A stretch of 60,538 nucleotides of DNA, the filler included, from Trypethelium eluteriae (Eukaryota): the NCBI GenBank assembly GCA_051942245.1. It is 3 parts of 3 records of this genome, joined end to end, with 100 filler letters (N's around TTAATTAATTAA, not from the genome) between each part and the next. Parts side by side here need not be neighbours in the genome. Positions count along the whole stretch, not along the records: positions 1 to 20,306 come from JAVECL010000500.1; 2 more parts are not named here. One strand, written 5' to 3'. Both the position numbers and the translations under genes were made by a program. A model generated the notes under the pieces. That model was not told the origin of the DNA, searched no databases, and was given only the letters and a program-made list of their open reading frames with translations. This document shows, one piece after another, positions 1 to 13,676 of this stretch. Each line of letters starts with the position of its first letter. Position 1 is the stretch's first letter.

Positions 1-1
1 G

Positions 2-121
2 GAGGAAGGTGGCAGGGGGAATGGAGGAGATGCTGGGACGCTGGAGAGACCTCAGCCGGTGAGTTTGAGGAGAGAGAGGGACGAGCTGGAGATGGTGGAT
101 GGGGTGGGACAGGCGAGATAG
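2..121 (+). CDS. Probable 3' end of a gene entering from upstream (EEGGRGNGG...DGVGQAR*)
   Basis: Open frame from the window edge to TAG at 119-121, with purine-rich codon usage like other gene ends here; no recognisable domain. Confidence 0.3.
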   Translation, partial: EEGGRGNGGDAGTLERPQPVSLRRERDELEMVDGVGQAR

Positions 122-539
122 AAAGAGGAGGAAACCCATGCCCTACGAAATTGCGTCTCTAGATATTGGGAAAACACGAATTTTGGGTTTATCTGGTGGG
201 AAATGGGAAGGTCTTCGGCGCTTTGAGGAGAAGGAATCACACCATAGCATCAGCGTTGGACATTGGCATTGCATTTCACTGGATCCGGTCTCTTTTAATC
301 GTCTCATTTGGTCCGTTCGCTTGCGATATACCCCCTTCCTTTTCGTGTTGGGTCACAGGCTTGGATTTTGTGACTAGCATTACCACTTATTTCATGACCA
401 TACAGTACTAAGACAAGTGTTCGGGTTAACCCCAACAATTTTCCCACGCCAGCGAGCGGACACTTTTTTCGCATGACTGTACGTTTCAGCCTCCGAACCT
501 GTTTACGCGCGTTTTCTTACCTCCCCGTTTCAACCGCCA

Positions 540-2030
540 ATGTCACTCTCACATCTCCGGGTTTTGAACTGGTTGCCTTCAGTTGAGACTACGGCCAAAG
601 CCGAGACGGCTCTGACAAAGAGTGATTCGCCTTCACCAGCAACTGTTCTAGGGCAAGTGTCCAGGCAACACCCAGCAATACGTGTTGCAGAAACCCGATG
701 ACTTTTACTCGTTGTCCGACATCTTGACCGAGAAGGACCCAGCTGTCCAAGAATGTGATAATTGTGTCCAGGAGTTTCTAGTAACGAAGCGGAAGTTCGG
801 GAACTCGGTTGACTTGGGATTACAAGAGGTTTGTTTCGCAAGACTCAAGAGAATCCAGGTTGACAATGAACACGCGGAGAACGTCTTTCGGGCAATACTC
901 GACCGATATTGAAGCACCAAGCACGACACTGAAGCGCGTTCTGGATACTACGCGCTTATACAGGCCATCTCTGCCGTAATACAAAACGGCATTCTCGCGT
1001 TTGCGAATCCCAGGGGACCCCCAATCTTAAATCCTAAAGATCAAACTGAGGCGCCTATAAAAGTCTACGAGTTTCTGCAGGTCGACCTGACCGGACCGCT
1101 GCTCCCTACCGATCATGTTTTGGCGAACATCTCAATTCTCGCAGTCAGAAAAGTTTTCAAGAGGAGTGCCATCGCCGAGATTACCTCGCATATGCGTTGA
1201 TGTCGCATGGCCGCTACGAGATCCCGTACTACCCCAAGTGTGCTTTTGCGGGAGGACCGGACGCTGAAGCCGCGCACATCATCCCAGCTAAAGTCTGTAA
1301 AGTAGAGGGAGACACTCTTTGGGTCTGGATTTTCTGGGGCTCAGTCTTCCCCAAGAAGACGTTGGCCACTATTTGGTATCTGTGCGGTGGTAAGGCTTGC
1401 TGGTCATTGAGAAACGGTGTAATGCTGCCACCTGCGATCCATACACCATACGATAAATTTGCGATCAGCTTTCAACCCAATCGAAGCGACGACCCTACAA
1501 ATAAGGAACCGGGAGTCTGGACGTGACAGCTATGATTACACTATCATATTCTCCTTGCAAAGAATATCACCCTAAGGGATTGGGCCAGTGATCACATCGG
1601 ATGCTTAAAGTTCATGACGGGCAAAGACGACAAACATGAAGGGGTCTATAGGATACCAGAGCCTGAAATGATGGTTGAATACAACGCCGCGGTATATCGG
1701 GATGAAATTTCGCCTACGATCGTACTGAGTCTCCTTTTATGGAGCGTTCACCATTACATGTATATGCTCGATCACGAATACTACCCTCACGTAATTGAAG
1801 GCCATGCCACGCAAGACAGTCTGACTCAACCGCAAGACCGTCTGGCTCAACCCCCGAAGCGCATGACCTACAATACCGAGAAGCTAAAAGCGATAGATGG
1901 TCTACAGTTGTAGGTGCTAGTCCAGAATTTTTACAGCGGCACAGGTCAAAGTTTCGCCAGCTCCCGAAAACGCCGGTCCATGGAGGACTCGGAATTGAAT
2001 GAGAACGAAAGCACAGCCTCAGTAGCTTGA
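540..2030 (+). pseudogene. Degenerate fungal HNH-endonuclease (HNH_2-like) gene
   Basis: ORF 1197-1526 carries C-x2-x-G...EAAHIIP...NGVML...IH..YD, matching the fungal HNH nuclease motif order. Flanking ORF fragments (540-711, 682-912, 1614-1913) are broken by stops or frameshifts without convincing introns. Confidence 0.55.
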
Positions 2031-2663
2031 TGATAGAAATAGAAAGTTTTCAGCACTTTGAACTTCGAATTAGTTGTTGTAGAATATCAGACCTGGCAGG
2101 CATTACGCATGTGCTGGGATGGCACGACATATTGTGTAACGTTAGCTGCCTGCTGCTATTTACAGAAAGGGTATATACTAGACATCAGACATGAAGTTTC
2201 AGATAGTGATTATTCTGTAAAGTGATCTGACTGGAAATTACCTTACCGTGGTCGGGGGGTTCCTCAACCGGTAACAGTACAATGTTATTTCAATTGTACT
2301 GTTATGACTATGTTGGCCCATGTTAAGGCGGCGTTAACATGACCCAACATAGTCACGACAGCAAAAGGAAGGTAACCTTATATTTATTACCAGTTGAAAA
2401 CCCCCCACTCCGCGGTAAGGTAGACATGGCTCTCTCTGGAGAAAGCCTAGCGCACGGAGTGGGAGGGCAGATCTTGGAGACGAAGTTGAGTGTTGTGAGC
2501 TAGTGCTAGTGCCACAATGTGCACGATAAGTCCTTGGCATAATAGACCTCAATATTGCACATTAAAGAAGAGGGGAATGGCAGAGTGAGGGTCTTCGGCG
2601 CGACCAAGACTAGCGTAGTATGGCAGGATCAATATGCTGCCGAGGGAGCATTTGTTCGACGAC

Positions 2664-4015
2664 TCATGATTCGGGCTCGGCATCCGCCTCAGGCTCCTCT
2701 TTGGCATCATCGAGAATATCGTCTTTGGCAGACTCTTCGGCTTCGTTGTTCGCTGGTGGGAAGCTTAGATGTTTCCAGTCCTCAATCTACAAGAAGTCAG
2801 CACGACCCTGGCATGTTTTTGAAGATTCACATTCTAACCTCTTCAATGATCGACCTTAGCCGGTCTCTAATGCTCTCCACAGCGTAACTTCCCAGCAGCA
2901 ACCTCAATGGCGGATAGGAGCAATGTCCCAACTGCCATACGAGTTCTGCACTTTTGACAGCACTTGTTGGCTGCTGGTCATTAAGCCATGCAAGCATCCG
3001 TCTTGCATGTCCTGCTGGTGCATTTGGGCCAGAATATGGCTCACTTGCTGCTTTGACAAGGAAATGACCGAACTTGGGATTCTTCAGGTTGTGCTTCTTC
3101 GTCTCTTCAAATGGTTCATCTAGTCGTACGTGACCAGGTTCTACGAGCGTCGGCTTGATGTTGAATGCATCCACTTCGTAAAGCATGCTCTCAATGAGAC
3201 CTTCCACGGCATACTTGGTGGCGCAGTATGGACCTAGACCAGGTACGCCGAGAGCGCCAGAAGTGCTGCTAAAGATGAGGTAACGGCCAGAGTTCTGAGA
3301 GCGAAAGTATGGTAATGAAAGTTGGATGATGTTCAAAGTGCCCATGAAATTGGTCTCGAACTGATTTCGTAAATCATGTTCGTCCTGATCCTCGCAAGCG
3401 CCAATGACTCCTGCAGGAAAGTCTTAGTTTAGTAGACTGTGGTCAGACCTGCGATTGGCTGCTTACCATAACCAGTACAACTGGTGTCGGTTAGTAAACT
3501 AGAGGCAGCTATTGTGTGTGGACTTCGTACTTAACAATTATATCAATTCTTCCCCAACGCTCCAAGGTTTGCTTGATGACGGCATTAACTGTTTCTCGTA
3601 CTCTTACATCACAGAGCAGGCCAAGGCAGTTTTCATGCCAACCCTTCATCTGCTCTGCGCTATTCTCGATGGTTCGCCCCACGGCAGTGACCTTGTCACC
3701 GTGAGATAATGCCGTGCGAGCTACAGAACCCCCCATGTGGCCGGTAGCGCCGAAGATCTACAGATGCAGGCATGAGTCAGGATGTCAACATTTCTTTTCG
3801 CATTTTTGAACGAATGGAATAGCGGAAAATAGACAAGGAAGCAGGGGTTTGGGGCCACACGTGATAAAGCGTGGGATAGATAAAGAAGAGACCGAACGTA
3901 CCAGCCATACAAGCTCTTGAGCGGGATTGGAGTCGGTAGGTGGATCACATGTCGCGGGCAGCCTCAGCTTGTCGGTGCGAGGAGCGTCCGATGGCGAATT
4001 CGCATCCTCGGCCAT
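2664..4015 (-). CDS. Short-chain dehydrogenase/reductase, ~5 exons
   Basis: Spliced VWL|IFGATGHMG Rossmann motif, GRIDIIV and catalytic YCATK (YxxxK). GT-AG introns near 3760-3900, 3480-3531, 3412-3466 and 2787-2839; stop TGA at 2664. Confidence 0.9.
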
Positions 4016-4257
4016 GAGACAACAGGAAAGAATAGCGCCCGAAGAACTCCATAGAGAAGAGAGGAATAAGAAGAGAGACTACAGGTGGTTGGCCACGTTG
4101 TCGTCGTCAGTATCGCGCTGCATCAGGTGCGCGTGCGAAATGCCAATCCCACCTCGGCTGCTGACCGCCTTCAACTGCCGTCATTGGCTGCTGTCATACT
4201 GACAATTATTCGAGATGCACAATTGAGGCATATCAACACTTTCTCAGATGTAGAAAT

Positions 4258-5916
4258 ATGTCAAAGGAGCTGAGTACGTCCTCCATGTATGCATTCATCT
4301 CAACTCTGCTGACCCCCGCCAGACCCAGCTCCACCATCGCCATCATCTTCTCATGGCTCCTCGTACGCCCCACTATCAAAGCCCAATCCTTCCCCTAGCT
4401 AACCCTCTCAAGTCTCTCCTTCACCCAAGGCTTCCTCCTCGGCCAGCTCACAATCTCCATCCTAATCTTCATATTCATTAAATTCTTCATCTTTGGTGAA
4501 CCACCCCCAGCCGACCTCCGCGCTTCCCACCGCGCCTCCCTCCGACACCAACGCACCCTCTCCCACGCCCGTCGCCAAGCCGCCTCCTCTACCTCCTCTC
4601 CCACTACTACATCCACAACTACACCCCCCTCCCTCCTTCGCAAACGCTCCTCTCGCGTCCTCCTCGGCCGGCCCCAGACCGCCTCACCCCTTCCCACCGC
4701 GACCATCCTCGCCAAAACCTATTACAACGTCGCCGCGCACCAGCCCGAATCCCTCGACTGGTTCAACGTGCTCGTTGCGCAGACGATCGCGCAGCTGCGG
4801 GCTGATGCCGTCCAAGATGACGCGGTGCTGGCGCAGCTGACTGAGGTGCTGAATCGGCCTGGCACGAAACCGGAGTGGGTTGGGGAGATTAAGGTCACGG
4901 AGATTTCATTGGGCGAGGAGTTTCCGATTTTGAGTAATTGTCGGGTGGTGGCGGTGAGCGACGAGGATGGAGTAGGTGGAGGTGGAGGTGGTGGGTTGGA
5001 TGGTGGTGGGGGAGCGAGAGTGGATGGGGCGAAGGATGGGAGGTTGCAGGCGAGAATGGATGTGGATTTGAGCGATACGATTACCTTGGGAGTGGAGACG
5101 AAGCTGGTGCTGAATTATCCCCGGCCGGTGAGCGCAGTGCTGCCGGTTGCATTATCGGTCAGTCTGGTGCGGTTTAGTGGCACGGTATGTGTGCTTGACT
5201 TTGCTCTATTTAGGCTTGTGCCTCCCAAAAAGCCAGATACTAATTTCAACCGGCTACAGCTCTCCCTTTCCTTCACTCCTGCCCCTCCGTCACCCTCACA
5301 ATCTTCCTTCCCTCATAACACCTCCTCGCATCCCCTGAACTCTCCACGTACGCCCGCGTCCTCCGGCCCCACCGGCCAACTCCTCACCTTCACCTTCCTC
5401 GACGACTACCACCTCGACCTATCCGTCCGCTCCCTCCTTGGCTCTCGCTCTCGTCTCCAGGATGTGCCCAAGATCGCCCAGCTCGTCGAGGCCCGCCTGC
5501 ACGCCTGGTTCGACGAGCGCTGCGTCGAGCCCCGCTTTCAGCAGATCCAGCTGCCGAGTCTCTGGCCCCGGAAGCGGAATACGCGGGGTGGCGAGGGAGA
5601 AGAGGAGGATGAGCTGGAAAAAGAGGGAGGGGCGGAGGAGGAGGGGAAGAACGAAGTAAGGGTGAAAGGAAATGAGAGGAAAATGGCGAGGGCGAGGAGT
5701 GCGGGTCTTCTTGACGAGGGGAAACTGGCGGCCGAAGGAGAAAAAATCTGGGAGGCCGAACAGAGGGCACAGAGGGCAGAAAGGATGGCGGAGGGAGAAA
5801 AAGACGGGATGCGGTGGAGGGGAGCGAGCAGCCGGGATGTGAGTACCAATCGCGGCAGAAGCAGCGAAGACACTTTGCGGATGCCGGGGGGGATGCCTGG
5901 TATGGTCATGTCGTGA
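4258..5916 (+). CDS. MMM1: ERMES subunit Mmm1 (SMP domain)
   Basis: Spliced MSKELNPAPPSPSSSHGSSLSFTQGFLLGQL..IFIKFFIFGEPP transmembrane segment, HQPESLDWFNV, LGEEFPILSNCR and RSRLQDVPKIAQLVEARLHAWFDERCVEPRFQ; three introns. Confidence 0.95.
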
Positions 5917-6469
5917 TGTGGATTCGTTGCATTTGTTTCTTCTATTCATGCATAGCGTCGCGGAAAAACTCTCCTCATGGCAGCGTGCAGCTGAGCATAC
6001 CCAGTTAGCATTGGGAGGCGTCTGTATACATGAAATTTAGACACGGTAGAATAGGGGAATAAGATTTCTAAATTTCTATCCCACAGCTGGTGCTTTCAAC
6101 ATGCTGTCATCAAGAATGGCAGCTGCTGAACTGCAGAGCATATCGTGACAAAGTCCCCCGAAATTCAGTCCGGCATCATCTATCTCGGACCTGTATGCTG
6201 GATCTTCCTACCGCAAGGCCTATGCAGCAAGATACCTCTCAAGATACTTCCCCCAACGCCACGTACTGCAGGAAATGGAAGACGTTCGAGACTCAACTTC
6301 AACGCAATCACAAACATGTCGGACGACTATGAGATTTGAATTCGCCGAAGTAGGTCGTTACTGACAAAGATCAGTCCTCGTGTGGCAAGATGTTTTGGTG
6401 GCTCTCTGTGAAGAGATTTCAATAGGTAGATAACAGAAATGCCCCCGCAGGAAGAGTAGAGCTACCTGG

Positions 6470-8687
6470 CTACAAGGAGGAAGCTGTGGGCATAAGGGTC
6501 ACTGGAGCAGTGGCTGCGTTTTCAGAAGCTGCTTGGTCTTCAGAGATTTCCGTAGTATCTTGTCGAGGGTCCTGTACACGACGGGAACGTGCTTCATCAA
6601 ACGAGCTCGTGGTCTCGGTCTTGCCAGGTGAGTTTGTTTCTGAAGTGCAACCAGCAGGAAGAGGAGATTTTTGCGGCTGAGCGATAGTCCAAGACGCGAC
6701 TGGATTCGAAGACTCCGAGGCGGCACCAGGAGTAGACTTCGACGTGGAAGCGACTTGCTCGATAGGCTGCATTGTGATAGGCGGCGGTCGTTGCATTCGG
6801 ACCACGATTGTGTCAGAATCTTGATCATCGCTCATGCTAGGGTGGAAGCCGTTGACGGTCGATGGTACTGAGGTGCTATTGGGACGGGTCGACGAATGAA
6901 CAAGCGGATGCCCATTTGCTTCCTGCTTACTGTCTCCAGACGGTGTTCGATATTGGAGCTTCACAACTAGACTCCTGGGTTCGAAATCATCTTCATCGGA
7001 GCTGGCATCGTCATCTTCTTCGTTGTCATCAAGTCGATCATCAACGTCGTCGTCATCACCTCCATCCCATTCACCACCGCTTGACATTGCGTCTTCTTCG
7101 TCATCCATCTCATCCAACTCATTGTAACCAGCAATGTGTTTGCGTCCCTTGCCCCAGCCATTGGCTTGTTTTGGCCCGCCTGATCGCGTCGCCCTGCCTT
7201 GCTGTCGCGGGGCATCTGAAAGTTCAGAGCCATCGTAATCTCCTGAAGCAGGAGTGGGCTGATTTGTGATCTGGCCGCTGTGCATGGTTTCTCCATAAAC
7301 ACCACCCAATCTTGATCGTACGTGACGGCCACTTGCCGTGACGACAGACTTATGAGCATCAGCTGGTGTAGTGACGCGAGTCGAGCGGCGAGTGGAGGTG
7401 GCATCTGATGCATCTGCTTCGTCGTCGGAGTAGGTGTACTTCAACCTTTTTCCGCGGGTGCGACCCTCATACAGGGAGAATCCGGGTTCTGGCCTTAAGA
7501 ACTGTGCTTTGCGTTGTTGGCGATATTCGCGGCGCCTTCGCCTCTGCAAGACGTTAGCTAGCTATTCAATACCTTACATTTTGGCAGATTTGAAGTGCTT
7601 ACCTCTTCACCTGCCTCAAACCGCGGAATCGCATTCTTGAATCGTGCACTGAGCGTACGAGCATTCTGAGAGTCGTCATTCTCCAATTTATTTGCAAGTT
7701 CCTTAAGCTCATCAAGGTCCCCGGCAATGCTCCACCACGTATTTTTCTTGGAGTATGGGTTACTTTCACGGTATACTCGGAAACTAGTGTCCTGTGACCC
7801 TTCGATGAGATAGTATTGCCTCTTCTCACCGTCTCGACCCCACCGTGGTATGTTGAGTGGCACGACAGTATCATCATTGTTTTTGCGGTATTTGTACGAC
7901 TCTTTGAGGAGGGCGGAGACTGCTTCGGAGGAGTTCAAGCACCAGAGAATCAACGTCCTCAGTAGGTTGAGCTATAGAAGTCAGCGTGATCTCATCTTCA
8001 AGCAGTCGAGAGTACATACGCGCCGTCCAGGATCTAAATTGACAAAAGTCTTGGAACCAGGGATTGGGTTAAGGCCGTTCCACGACCGGGGCCATTGCGA
8101 TTTGTTTGATAGTAATGCTTCTTCAAGTGCTCGTCCATGATGCCCTCTCCTGCAGAAGTTATTGATTTAGCTGTTGCGTTCACGTCTCTCGGCATCGAGG
8201 ATTTGGGGGGTACAAACTCTACATTCTTCTTCCGATTGAGGACCAGACTGAGAAGAGCGCAAAGTAATTCCTCCACTTGTGGGCTAGGTAGTGTATCCAC
8301 TACTCCTCGTTCTATGTCTTGTGGTCCGAAGTCTTGTAATTTGCTGGGAAAGCAAGTACTGAAACGTGATCGGAATGCTACGATAAACTAGAGCTCGACC
8401 GCAATACGACGACGTTAGCTATCGCGTTGCTCCACGATGACGCGTCAAAAGCGTGACAGCGAGCCGGGAAAGACGTGGCAATCGCATTGACGACTTACAG
8501 GAATGTCCGGATTGTCTGCAAGCACCTCTTCGTGAGGTGGTGACGCGCTACGCTTTCGTTTGGAGCTTTTGCGTGCTTCATCTGAAGAGTCAGCGGTCGC
8601 GCCTTTGCGCCCTGCATCAATCTCCATAGTCACCGAGACCTCATCGTCGCTTGATGGAGGTGATGACAGCGAGGAAGAGTCTGACAT
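6470..8687 (-). CDS. Conserved fungal WHIM1/DDT-like chromatin-associated protein, multi-exon
   Basis: Exons give LADNPDIP|FIVAFRSRF...LLCALLSLVLNRKKNVE, WGRDGEKRQYYL...FRVYRES...WWSIAG (WHIM/WSD-like) and FSLYEGRTRGKRLKYTY, with an acidic tail. Confidence 0.75.
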
Positions 8688-10208
8688 TTTATACGTCAGC
8701 GTTGCGGTTGAAGAAGGAGCTTGGGTGGTCGACGTGGGAAGTTCCTTCCGCTAAAGGCGTGGAAGGGCGTGTGCAGAACAGCAGCGGGATCGACGCCAAC
8801 ACGTCCGGGCATTGAAAGGAAGCTTATCAATTGGCAATCAAGAGGTTCAAAGTCACGTCAGACACGCCCTTGTAAGGTGAAACCCGCCTGAGAGCGATGC
8901 TGATCTATATTGTACTCTAAGTCCTGATATCACTGTATTCCTTCCGAACTGTATTTCTGGTATCTCAAAATCAGCTCCAAGGCATTGACGCAGTAATATC
9001 CGCCGACTCCACCATCCGTGCGAAATGCCTCATCACAATATCAGTTCAAAACGGGTGACTCAGACTCTATCGAATAGCAAGCAGGACTGCGTTATCAGGA
9101 CCAGAAATTCCGGATAATGAAGCAGAGCAAAGAAGACTGTATGCCAAGAGACGTGACTGAAAGACGTTACTCCTGCCGCTTTTAGTTTGCTGCCATACGA
9201 ACAAAGATTCCCAAAAGGGCTCCCAGTGCATTGTAAGGAGTCCGCGGCATGACTGGAAAGACTTGCCTCAAAGAAATAGAAATAGCTTGCCCGAACTATG
9301 TTGCAGAGAGGGGGAGAGAGAAAGAAACACAAAAATGACAAGCAAGGACAACAATCGCTTTGATTGGATGTCCCGACCGCGAGTAATAAAGGGTGGATAG
9401 GAAGCTCAACCATGTGACGTTTTCTTCGTGCTTTTGAAATGAAAATGAACACTCCCCAACTCAAACAAGAGCCATGGAAGTCCACGTACCAGCAGTCATT
9501 GCAATAAAATGCGCAATGTAGTATTTTCTCATGGTAATAAAATTCGTAAGTCGTGACAGAGACGACGAAGCTTGTAGATGCACAGCTGAAGCTTCTCTAG
9601 AGCAAACCAAACAAGACAGACTATACTAGAGCTGGGTTCTGAAAAGCTTCAGGGACGTAATGTACAGTCCATGGAATTCTTGTTCGCAAGTTGTTGGTAA
9701 GTAGTCAGTTCAGGAGTTTCCGAAGCCTTCGCGATCATGGAATGGTTGTGGTGTCCGGTCGCACGCTTAGTTGGTAGACTCAGCACTTTTGCTACAGCGA
9801 CTGCTGCAGAACTCGCGCCACAGAATATCGTATAATTAATACCACACAGTGAATGCATCCACAGCATTAGATCTTCTAGAGGAGATCGTGGGACCGTTAC
9901 GCATGGAATCTGCAATGTAAGAAGACGAGAATTCTACACGAATCAAGCATTTGAGACAGAGAGGAATTACTCATGCGCTACCAAAAGAGCCGTAGTACGA
10001 CTTCAGGCCTACCTTGATAAGGTTATCTTCACCATGAGCGGCGTTGAGTTGTCGGGAGGTGGTGGTTGTTCTGTTCAGGGATGTTGTCGCGCAAACATTT
10101 CTCCGGCTGCCGAGCCCTGACGCACGAACAAATGCATCCAAGACGAACGATACACTGCGCTTCAGTAGCTTCTCGATTTCCCTCTCCATTGACACCAGCT
10201 TTTCGACC

Positions 10209-11240
10209 ATGGGAAGAGTGATTAGAAATCAGAGGGCATGTTCTCATCTACCAAACTATTACGACGAATTGCTAATTTGAATACCAGAAAGGTCGTGGGT
10301 CAATCTTCAAAGTGGGCGAAGACCTATCTCTGTCGTGCAGGTCTCAGACTAACTGAATACTCAAGGCCCACACCAGACTCAACAAGGCGCCCGCACTCTT
10401 CCGCGGCTTCGACTACGCTGAGAGGTAATTAAATCAGGTCGTTGGGATTGCGTTGCGGCTCACAAGACCAAACCAGGCATGGCTACATCCGCGGTGTCGT
10501 GAAGGATATCGTTCACGATCCCGGCCGGGGTGCTCCTCTTGCAAAAGTCGCCTTCCGCGATCCATATCGGTACAAGTTGCACACAGAAACCTTCATCGCC
10601 AATGAGGGCATGTACTCTGGCCAATTCATTTACGCTGGAAAGCACGCAAGCTTGACGATCGGCAATGTCCTACCTCTAGGTTCGGTCCCAGAAGGTACTG
10701 TTGTGACAAATGTGGAAGAGAAGCCGGGCGATCGGGGCGCACTTGGACGAGGATCAGGCACTTACGTCACGGTTATTGGACACAATCCAGAGGAGGGCAA
10801 GACAAGGGTTAAGCTCCCTAGTGGAGCAAAGAAGGTTGTTAAGAGCTCTGTACGAGGAATGGTAGGCATTGTTGCAGGCGGTGGAAGAACAGACAAGCCG
10901 CTTCTGAGTAAGATTGCGTTCATGGTGAAGATACCTGAGCCGAGACTGATGGAAGAACACAGAGGCCTCAAGAGCGAAGCATAAATTTGCAGTCAAGCGT
11001 AACTCATGGCCGAAGACCCGTGGTGTTGCCATGAACCCAGTCGATCATGTAAGCTCTGTTTTCTCATTCACCTTTCCTGATATAGAAACTAAACCTTTCC
11101 AGCCTCACGGTGGTGGTAACCATCAACATATTGGTAAAGCGTCGACAATCTCTCGCTATGCCGCTCAAGGTCAAAAGGCTGGTCTTATTGCTGCTCGGAG
11201 GACAGGGTTGTTGCGTGGTACTCAGAAAACGAAGGACTGA
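10209..11240 (+). CDS. RPL2: 60S ribosomal protein uL2 (L2/L8), 6 exons
   Basis: [26 protein letters not shown]...DYAER|HGYIRG...[10 protein letters not shown]...[22 protein letters not shown]; the first intron is GC-AG. Confidence 0.98.
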
Positions 11241-12178
11241 AAGGATCGAGGCGATAGCTTTCTTTGTGGGAATCTTCATGGTCATCCTTTGTGGATTGCA
11301 GCATTCGGGCTTCCTAAGGCGCTCCTGTGCATTGTAGTTTTTATGATATCATGGGCCGATGCCAAATATATACCATTGTCCCCACTGCATGATTGTGAGA
11401 TCTGGCACTGCGCAACTATACGACCTCTCGCTGATGTCGGACAAATGTTTGACCCCACTGACGGTCGTATGGGAGGTAAGCAGGGGCAGGGCAAGCTTCG
11501 ACCATCGGTTAACTCCTGAATCTAGCGCGCGGTTAGGTCTTAACAGCATGAATCCGATTCAGGGGCTAGGTTTCTCATTGATGTCGCAAGCTTTCTGGGG
11601 GTGTGACACGAGTAGCAAATCGGGCTACAGTCCCGCCGAAAATATGGTGCTCTTGCTTTGGTCGCGGCTCCCTTTGTCCCACAACGAGTTTGCTAAGGTA
11701 GTTCATTACGTGGCTGTGTAGCTTTCGAACACTTCTTTCTCACCCGGCGAGCGCGCATATCTTGTTCACTCACCCAAGTTCTATTCAGCACGTTCGTTCT
11801 TAAGTTTTGGGGCTTTTTGGATCAGCAGACTGTGTGGATCTCACTGTGCATCAGACGGGACCCCTGCACATCCGTGCCTCTCCAACATTTCATCATCATC
11901 CAGATCACCTACATCACCCGCCCGCAACCGCTCGTTCTAATTGCAACTCGTCGCCTGCCACGCCTGTTCGCATACAGCAAACGCCGCCTGGTGCAGGCAT
12001 TTCACCCTTTACACGACCGCTCGTCACGTGTGAAGAATCAACTGGAGCCATCTATTGTTCAATGCTCAGTAGCCGGGCCAGCATATAGTCAATCTATAAT
12101 TCCCTTTACGCCAAGCTCCTACTTTGCTCTTTCCCTCACCTTAGTGTTTTTCCGTTTCCGCGAATTCCTGTCGACCAA

Positions 12179-13676
12179 ATGATCATGAACAAGAAGCTCG
12201 ACAGATTCAAGCAATGGGCGGGGGAGAAAGTGGGGGGAGAGAAGAAAACCGACACATCCGACGACTTTAAGGCTTTGGAAGCTGAGATGACTCTAAGGCA
12301 TGAAGGTAATATCCGGAAAAGCTAGTGTATCTATTCATGAGGTTAATTGGTCCAAAGGCATGGAAAAATTACACAAGTCAATGACTGTCTACACCAAATC
12401 CATCTCAAAGCGTAGTGAAGGCGATGATAAGGAGAAATCTCTTCCAATCGGGTATCTTGGCACAACAATGATTCATCATGGAGAAGATTTTGAACCCGAG
12501 TCCGAATTCGGGAGTTGTTTGACGAGTACGTTGCACGCGTCTCGAAACATCTTTCGATAGAGCTAACGAACCTCAAGCCTTTGGTCGAGCTCACGAGAGA
12601 ATGAGCCGAGTCCAGGAGACACTAGTAGCTCAGGCAAGCACGACTTGGATGGAGTCGACGGAGCGCTCACTTACCCAAATGAAAGAATACCAGGTACTGA
12701 TCCCGTTGCTTGCTAGAAAACAGGGGCCCCACTGACTTATTGTAGACCGCTCGCAAAAAACTCGAACAACGACGTCTCGCCTATGATACCTCACTGACCA
12801 AGATGCAAAAGGCAAAGAAAGAGGATTTCAGGGTCGAGGAAGAGCTTCGTTCCCAGAAGGCTAAATACGAGGAGTCGAATGAAGACGTCTATCGCAGGAT
12901 GGAAGATATTAAGGAAGCGGAAGTTGAGAGCGTCCAGGATTTGACCTCGTTTCTAGAAGCGGAATTGGCATATCACGACAAATGTCGAGAAATCCTATTG
13001 CAGTTGAAACGCGATTGGCCTGCGAGGTAAGACTATGGAATTCACATTTGTTGTCCGGGACCAGCTGATGTCTTCTAGCACTACTACGGCCATGAATAGT
13101 CAGCGGAGCGGACGCTCTCGTTCAGAGACCGCGCACTCTTATGCAGACCGTTTCAATCCAGTAGAGGAAGAGCCTCCTGTGCCTGAGCCAAAGGCCCGGA
13201 TTGGCTCCATTCGCCAGACCTCTGGCTCGGCCAGCAGCTCACCTCGCCGAGAACTTCCGGGATTTGACTTTTCTGGCCGAGCGGGGAACGGTCGTACATC
13301 CACCTTCGAGGGACCTCTTCGCGTCCAGAATGCAAGGGAAGCGTCACCACTGGGTGGGGCTCGTCTAGCTCGTGTGCCTACGGAACCTATAACCAGTCGG
13401 CCACAGCTGCGACAAGTGCAACCTCCTCCACCAGCGAGCGCCTTTGCGGACAATGAGGACGACCTCCAGGGTGGGATCAGTCCTGCGAGATCTGCCTCAC
13501 CTGCTGCGTCCTATACCAGCGTCAGTTCTCGTGCTGCTAGCATTTCGAACCATGACAATCCTTTGTCACGCAAGGCACCTCCACCACCACCTCCTCCCTC
13601 TAGAGGAAAGAAGCCGCCGCCGCCTCCGCCAATGAAACGAAGTGCGTTGAGCACCTCCGAGGTACCTTATGCTTAA
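12179..13676 (+). CDS. BAR-domain protein (Mug137/endophilin-like) with proline-rich C-terminus
   Basis: MNKKLDRFKQWAGEKVGGE..TDTSDDFKALE, RKKLEQRRLAYD and KAKYEESNEDV helices; four GT-AG introns; PPPPP tail. Confidence 0.85.
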
